Made by a program: the position numbers and the translations under genes. The notes below the pieces were generated by a model. It had not been told where the DNA came from and made no database searches. It was given only the letters and a program-made list of their open reading frames with translations. This document shows positions 6,418 to 11,057 of a stretch of DNA of 11,057 nt, piece by piece. The stretch comes from Promethearchaeota archaeon (GTDB taxonomy: Archaea; Asgardarchaeota; Lokiarchaeia; Sigyniarchaeales; SOKP01). Each line of letters starts with the position of its first letter. Within the stretch, counting starts at the first letter, position 1. The stretch is taken from NCBI GenBank assembly GCA_016840165.1, contig JAEOSU010000104.1:1-11057 (forward strand), given 5' to 3'.

Positions 6418-8298
6418 TTATTCATATTTTAATTCTTGTAAACGATTTCTGAGTTCCTCTGGAGCGATTTTAGGCGTTCTATCAAACGTTAAAAGACCAT
6501 TTATTTCTTGAAACTGATCATAAAGCTGTGTATAACAAAATCCTTGAATCCAATCTCTTCTTTCAATGAAATTATGGATCAAATCGTCAAGATATTCTAA
6601 AAATTCCTTACTAGAATTTACTAAACCCACTCCACGATACCTCTTCATAATATGATAATAATCAAAGGCAACTCCACCTATTTCACTATAAATGATGGGC
6701 TCATTTTCATATTTAAAATTCCTTAGGTATGTACTTGGAAAATTTGGAGCTACATATTCTCGTTCTATTTCCTCTTTAAAAGTCTTAGGAAGATGTTTGC
6801 AATCTGCATAAAAATGCTTGGTACAAATATGAGTTTGAGTATGCCACCATCCATCATTATCAATAATTAATCGCGAAGAATCAATTGATCCTACCAAATA
6901 AAAAAGAGATAGTATGAAATCTACTTTGTCTGGAAACTTATCTGCTAAGAAAACACCCCAACCCTCGTTTAATATTGTCCATACAATTATTGAAGGATGG
7001 TTAAAATCTCGCTCCATCATCTCCATATATTGATCAATGAATCTTTTTTGCGAGATATTAGAAAAATCGAAACTACTCCCTAATTCACTCCATACTAAAA
7101 GTCCCTCTTTATCACACCAATAGAGAAATCTCGGATCAAAAGCCTTTTGGTGAGCTCGTAATCCATTAAATCCAAATTGTTTGATATATCGTATATCCAA
7201 TTTAAATGCTTCATCAGAAGGTGCTGTATATAAACCACCTGGCCAATATCCCTGCACAAGTATAAGTTTTTGATATATTGGTTCATTATTCAACAAAATC
7301 CTTCCATTACTATCAATTGCAATTTTTCTCATGCCGAAATATGACTCCACTTCATCATAGATCTTTTTATTAACTTTATCGACAATTTTTAAGCGAAGAT
7401 CATATAAATTGGGTGTGCTGGGGCTCCATAATACTAATTTATTTTTAGGAATTTTTAAAATAAACTTAAATCTATTTGGATTATCATAAAAATCTAACTC
7501 AATACCCGCATTTTGTATTCTCTCTTTATTTAATTCCTTTACTTTTAATTTCTTTTTAGGATATCCAAGAAAAATCAAAGGAATATTAACTTCTGAAACC
7601 AATTCGGAATTTAAATGAACAATCGCGTTTAAAGTCAAATTTTCCGTACCAAATCCCGGTATCTGGCATTTAATCAAGATTTCAGATGAATCAAGGTCAG
7701 GATAGATCATTAATTTTTTGAGGTAGAATTCAGCATTAACCGCCTCAATCCAAACTGTTTGCCATATTCCAGTAATATTTGGGTAAAATATACTTTTCCA
7801 TTTTTTCTTCCAGAATTGTTTTCCTCGTGGAATTTCTAAATCATCATAGGGATCTTCAACGAAAATGATTAAGGTATTTTTCTTTTGAATAAATGAGGTA
7901 ATATCAAAAGAAAATCCTATATATCCTCCCTCATGCGAACCTATATACGAATTATTCAGATAAACTCTACAGGCATAATCAACTGCTCCAAAATGGATGA
8001 TATTATGTTTATCTTTAAAAGAATCTGGAATATTGAATTGTTTTTTATACCAAACATATCTGTGTGGAGAGTAATCAGAAATTCCACTTAATTCGGATTG
8101 AAAACAAAAAGGCACAATTATTTTTTTATCAATAATTTTGGAATTGCTCTCTTTATACCATTCTTCCTTGAGCCCCTCATTGTTGTCATCGAAAGCGAAG
8201 TTCCATTCTCCATTCAAATTAATCCAATTATTTTTTCTCACAAATTGAGGTCTTGGATACTCATGTCTAGGTAATTTATTCTCTTGCTCACTTTTCAT
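6418..8298 (-). CDS. Glycoside hydrolase family 2 (beta-galactosidase/beta-glucuronidase-like), probably cytosolic
   Basis: EYPRPQFVR, WINLNGEWNFAFD, HFGAVDY, HEGGY, GIWQTVWIE, WSPSTPNLYDL, YFGMRKI, DFNHPSIIVWTILNEGWG (acid/base E445), PIIYSEIGG (putative nucleophile E539), GFCYTQLYDQFQEINGLLTFDR. No hydrophobic signal peptide. Confidence 0.93.
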   Translation of the reverse strand: MKSEQENKLPRHEYPRPQFVRKNNWINLNGEWNFAFDDNNEGLKEEWYKESNSKIIDKKIIVPFCFQSELSGISDYSPHRYVWYKKQFNIPDSFKDKHNIIHFGAVDYACRVYLNNSYIGSHEGGYIGFSFDITSFIQKKNTLIIFVEDPYDDLEIPRGKQFWKKKWKSIFYPNITGIWQTVWIEAVNAEFYLKKLMIYPDLDSSEILIKCQIPGFGTENLTLNAIVHLNSELVSEVNIPLIFLGYPKKKLKVKELNKERIQNAGIELDFYDNPNRFKFILKIPKNKLVLWSPSTPNLYDLRLKIVDKVNKKIYDEVESYFGMRKIAIDSNGRILLNNEPIYQKLILVQGYWPGGLYTAPSDEAFKLDIRYIKQFGFNGLRAHQKAFDPRFLYWCDKEGLLVWSELGSSFDFSNISQKRFIDQYMEMMERDFNHPSIIVWTILNEGWGVFLADKFPDKVDFILSLFYLVGSIDSSRLIIDNDGWWHTQTHICTKHFYADCKHLPKTFKEEIEREYVAPNFPSTYLRNFKYENEPIIYSEIGGVAFDYYHIMKRYRGVGLVNSSKEFLEYLDDLIHNFIERRDWIQGFCYTQLYDQFQEINGLLTFDRTPKIAPEELRNRLQELKYE

Positions 8299-8334
8299 GA
8301 GAAAATAAAAAAGAGGAGTAATAAAAAGGTAACT

Positions 8335-8370
8335 AAATTAACCGTTGTATGTTTTGAATGTGGTTAATTT
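8335..8370. promoter_or_regulatory. Inverted repeat in the divergent GH2 / DUF6206-like intergenic region (candidate operator)
   Basis: AAATTAACC (8335-8343), an 18-nt spacer, then GGTTAATTT (8362-8370), a perfect 9-bp inverted repeat. It is followed by a BRE/TATA-like AAAAGCTTAAAAA (8372-8384). Confidence 0.35.
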
Positions 8371-8429
8371 TAAAAGCTTAAAAATTAAATCTATTTTATC
8401 AGAATTTAGTGTATCTTTTGTGATGTTTG

Positions 8430-9392
8430 ATGAAGATTAATCTAGAATTATTAAAAGAATTAGAACGATCAATAAATACTTTTCATCCCGAGAAAGGAAG
8501 AATTCCTATCAAAATCTTAGGATTTGGAGAGATAAGTTTAGTATTTGAAATACTTAAAGACCCTGAGCATTTAGCATATAAACGTATCCCAATTTTTGAT
8601 AATGAAGATCAAGTGAAAAGACATATCTGGGCTTATAATGCATATTGTAAAATTTTAAATCAAGAAGTAGGATTATCACTTCCGGCGTATGATGTCACAT
8701 GGTTCAAGGATGATAATGGTACAATCCAATTTTATTGTGTTCAAGAAAAAATTGAGGCCAAATCTGTAGGAAATAAAGTAATTCATGAAATCTCTGATGA
8801 TGAGATCTATATTTTTGTTACTCTCATTCTTCGAGAAATGAAAAAGGTTTGGTCTTATAGCCATAATAACCCAAAAATTGATTTAGGACTTGATGGTCAA
8901 ATATCAAATTTCGCGATTATTAATTTCGATGTACAAAATCCAAAAGTCGATTTCAATACGAAACTCTATTATTTTGATACCAGCACTCCTATGGTGAGAA
9001 TAAATGGTGCTGAAGCTATGGAGGCAGTATTATTTTTAAAAAGTGCCCCCTCTTTTTTAAGATGGCTTCTCAAGGCGCTCTTTCTTGAAGAGACAGTAGG
9101 AAGATATTATGAGTGGAGGAAAGTAGCGATTGATTTGATCGCGAACTTTTATAAGGAACAAAAACCAGAGTTAATACCTAATTTAATTAAATTAGTAAAT
9201 AATTTTTTTGCTGAGGAGGCATCTGAATTTAATATTGTTCCAATAACTATTGATGAAGTAAAGAAATATTATAAAAGTGATAAGAATATGTGGGTAATTT
9301 TTCAAAGTTTCAGACGATTTGATCGATACCTAAAAACGAAAATTTTTAAGAAAAAATATGAATTTTACTTACCCGATAAAATAAAGCGCTAA
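8430..9392 (+). CDS. Uncharacterised DUF6206-like protein with protein-kinase-like motifs
   Basis: Open frame from TTG 8427 / ATG 8430. Motifs LGFGEISLVF, AYKRIP, YCVQE, GLDGQISNF, YFDTSTP. The DUF6206 assignment is from recalled family motifs, not from a database search. Confidence 0.7.
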   Translation: MKINLELLKELERSINTFHPEKGRIPIKILGFGEISLVFEILKDPEHLAYKRIPIFDNEDQVKRHIWAYNAYCKILNQEVGLSLPAYDVTWFKDDNGTIQFYCVQEKIEAKSVGNKVIHEISDDEIYIFVTLILREMKKVWSYSHNNPKIDLGLDGQISNFAIINFDVQNPKVDFNTKLYYFDTSTPMVRINGAEAMEAVLFLKSAPSFLRWLLKALFLEETVGRYYEWRKVAIDLIANFYKEQKPELIPNLIKLVNNFFAEEASEFNIVPITIDEVKKYYKSDKNMWVIFQSFRRFDRYLKTKIFKKKYEFYLPDKIKR

Positions 9393-9420
9393 ATTAGATT
9401 GAGTTAATGTTGATGTCTAT

Positions 9421-10554
9421 ATGACAAAAAAACCCAAAGTATTTTTTACTTCAAATGTATTTACGTTGGATGAAATTGGTAGCAATAAAAGAATAAGTGA
9501 AGATCTAAGAAATACTATAAAAAACTTATGGCATCAATTAAAGCAAATTGTTGATATTGAAATTTATAATGGAAGATTTCCAGAAACATCTGAGATCCAA
9601 GCATATATTAAAGAAACAGATCCTATTATCTTAGGATGCCACCTTAGCCACCCAATTCCAGCAAAAATAATACAGTCTTCGAACCTCATTGCGGTTTGTA
9701 CTGCAACTGTGGGATATAACCATATTCAAATACCAAATGAAAATAATGTGCTTATTACTCACACGCCTGGAGTATTACATGAAGCCGTTGCCGATTATAC
9801 AATCGCACTGATAATGAGCAATCTAAGAAACTTAATAGATCTCCATAATTATGTATGGGCTGGTAATTGGAATCCTTCAGAAAAATGGGATATGGATCAA
9901 AACTTATCAAACTCTCTTAGAAATCAAGTTTTAGGAATTATTGGTTTAGGGGAAATTGGATCAGAAATAGCAAAAAGATTGCGTAAATACAAAATAAAGA
10001 TTATATACTACGATATTCAACGAAGAATAAATCTAGAAAATCAACTTCCTAATTTAGAATATTTTGACAATTTAGAAGCTCTCTTTAGAGAAGCAGATAT
10101 TATTAGTCTTCATGTACCCCTAAATGAAAAAACTGAAAATTTTATTGATAGAAATCTACTAAAATTAATGAAGCATAACTCTTTATTGATAAACACTGCT
10201 AGAGGTAAAGTTTTAAATCTCCAAGATTTTTTAAATCTATTAGAGAAAGGAGAAATTTTTGTTAATTTTGCTCTTGATGTCTATCCTGAAGAACCAATTG
10301 ATAAAAATACCCTGAAACGAATTAAAGCTATAAAAAAATTGCAGCCTGGAATTAGAATTAATTTAATGCCCCATAACGCTTCTGCAGATGCTGATACAAG
10401 AGCAAAGATGGTAATATTATTCTTACAGGATATTATTAAATTAATTAAATCAAAAAATCTTGAAGATCTTAAGAGAGTCCATTTAATTCCAGAACAAAAA
10501 AACAAACTTCAAGAAGTAAATTGGCGTATAAAAAAATATTGGCTCCAACATTAA
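9421..10554 (+). CDS. D-isomer-specific 2-hydroxyacid dehydrogenase (glyoxylate/hydroxypyruvate reductase-like)
   Basis: TVGYNHI, THTPGVLHEAVADY, GIIGLGEIG Rossmann motif, YYD, DIISLHVPL, and the catalytic triad INTARG (Arg), ALDVYPEEP (Glu), MPHNASA (His). Confidence 0.92.
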   Translation: MTKKPKVFFTSNVFTLDEIGSNKRISEDLRNTIKNLWHQLKQIVDIEIYNGRFPETSEIQAYIKETDPIILGCHLSHPIPAKIIQSSNLIAVCTATVGYNHIQIPNENNVLITHTPGVLHEAVADYTIALIMSNLRNLIDLHNYVWAGNWNPSEKWDMDQNLSNSLRNQVLGIIGLGEIGSEIAKRLRKYKIKIIYYDIQRRINLENQLPNLEYFDNLEALFREADIISLHVPLNEKTENFIDRNLLKLMKHNSLLINTARGKVLNLQDFLNLLEKGEIFVNFALDVYPEEPIDKNTLKRIKAIKKLQPGIRINLMPHNASADADTRAKMVILFLQDIIKLIKSKNLEDLKRVHLIPEQKNKLQEVNWRIKKYWLQH

Positions 10555-10567
10555 AAGAGGTATTATT

Positions 10568-11057
10568 GTGATAAGAACTTTTATAGCTATAGAATTGAAA
10601 AATCAAGCGACTATCGAAAAAATAGTTAAATTTTCTCAGAGATTAAAGCAAAATCAAGAAAAGTTGAAGTTAGTTGAGCCCCAAAATTTACATTTTACAG
10701 TTAAATTCTTAGGAAATATTAGAGAAGATCTGGCTCCCCAAATCTATACACTCATAGAGGAAGATATTAACACCCTTTTGTTTAAAGGAGAAACTTTCAA
10801 TTATGTTTTAAAAGGTGTGGGGCAGTTTAATAGGTTTTCAGTAATTTGGATCAATCTTCTCGGGGATATAGCCTTTATACAAAATATTAAGAATGAACTG
10901 GAAGAAAAATTCAACCAAAATCTAGCTATTCCTAAAGATAAAAGACTAGAATTCAGACCCCATTTAACTATTGCTCGATTAAATAAAAAACGTATTAATT
11001 ATAAAACTTTTGATGTTTTTAAGAAATTAATAAATGAAAATAAAAATACAGAATTCG
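10568..11057 (+). CDS. thpR: RNA 2',3'-cyclic phosphodiesterase (2H phosphoesterase, LigT/ThpR), 3'-truncated by the window end
   Basis: Absent from the ORF track because there is no stop in the window. Manual translation from GTG 10568 (RBS GAGGT 10557-10561): MIRTFIAIELKNQ...KLVEPQNLHFTVKFLG...GVGQFNRFSVIW...DKRLEFRPHLTIARL... Both HxT motifs are present and the frame is open to 11057. Confidence 0.92.
   Translation, partial: MIRTFIAIELKNQATIEKIVKFSQRLKQNQEKLKLVEPQNLHFTVKFLGNIREDLAPQIYTLIEEDINTLLFKGETFNYVLKGVGQFNRFSVIWINLLGDIAFIQNIKNELEEKFNQNLAIPKDKRLEFRPHLTIARLNKKRINYKTFDVFKKLINENKNTEF

Noticed and set aside
7095-7286. 63-aa minus-strand ORF in an alternative frame within GH2
   Set aside because: The GH2 frame is continuous with intact motifs through this region, so there is no sign of a frameshift or real overlapping gene.
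8311-8318. Strong SD-like AAGAGGAG on the + strand
   Set aside because: No start codon or ORF follows at a suitable distance, and it lies over 100 nt from the next + strand gene.
8676-10505. 62-aa (8676-8864) and 74-aa (10281-10505) minus-strand ORFs
   Set aside because: Antisense shadows of the DUF6206-like and 2-hydroxyacid dehydrogenase genes.
1-11057. CRISPR arrays, tRNA/rRNA genes, IS elements, integrases, defence systems
   Set aside because: No spaced direct repeats, GC-rich structured RNA segments or transposase/recombinase/nuclease motifs were seen, and all intergenic gaps are about 130 nt or less.

Overview
AT-rich, gene-dense prokaryotic metabolic region with 9 complete CDS and one 3'-truncated CDS that the ORF track missed. 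No rRNA, tRNA, CRISPR array or mobile element is visible. Gene order: ADP-forming acyl-CoA synthetase alpha subunit (+), beta-hydroxyacid dehydrogenase (+), Cys-rich ferredoxin-domain protein (-), UlaG-like metallo-beta-lactamase-fold hydrolase (-), isovaleryl-CoA-dehydrogenase-type acyl-CoA dehydrogenase (+), PaaG-like crotonase (+), GH2 glycosidase (-), DUF6206-like protein (+), D-2-hydroxyacid dehydrogenase (+), ThpR/LigT 2H phosphoesterase (+, partial). The split ACD alpha subunit, TATA-like boxes, hairpin-free convergent gene ends and the mix of bacterial-type catabolic enzymes suggest an anaerobic heterotrophic archaeon, possibly Asgard/Lokiarchaeia (inference only). The most notable observations are a cryptic protein-kinase-like motif set in the DUF6206-like gene, which heads a probable operon with the dehydrogenase and ThpR, and two intact genes (crotonase and MBL hydrolase) that lack canonical catalytic acidic residues. 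Also notable are an 18-Cys Fe-S protein and a recurring AAATTAACC/GGTTAATTT motif in intergenic regions.
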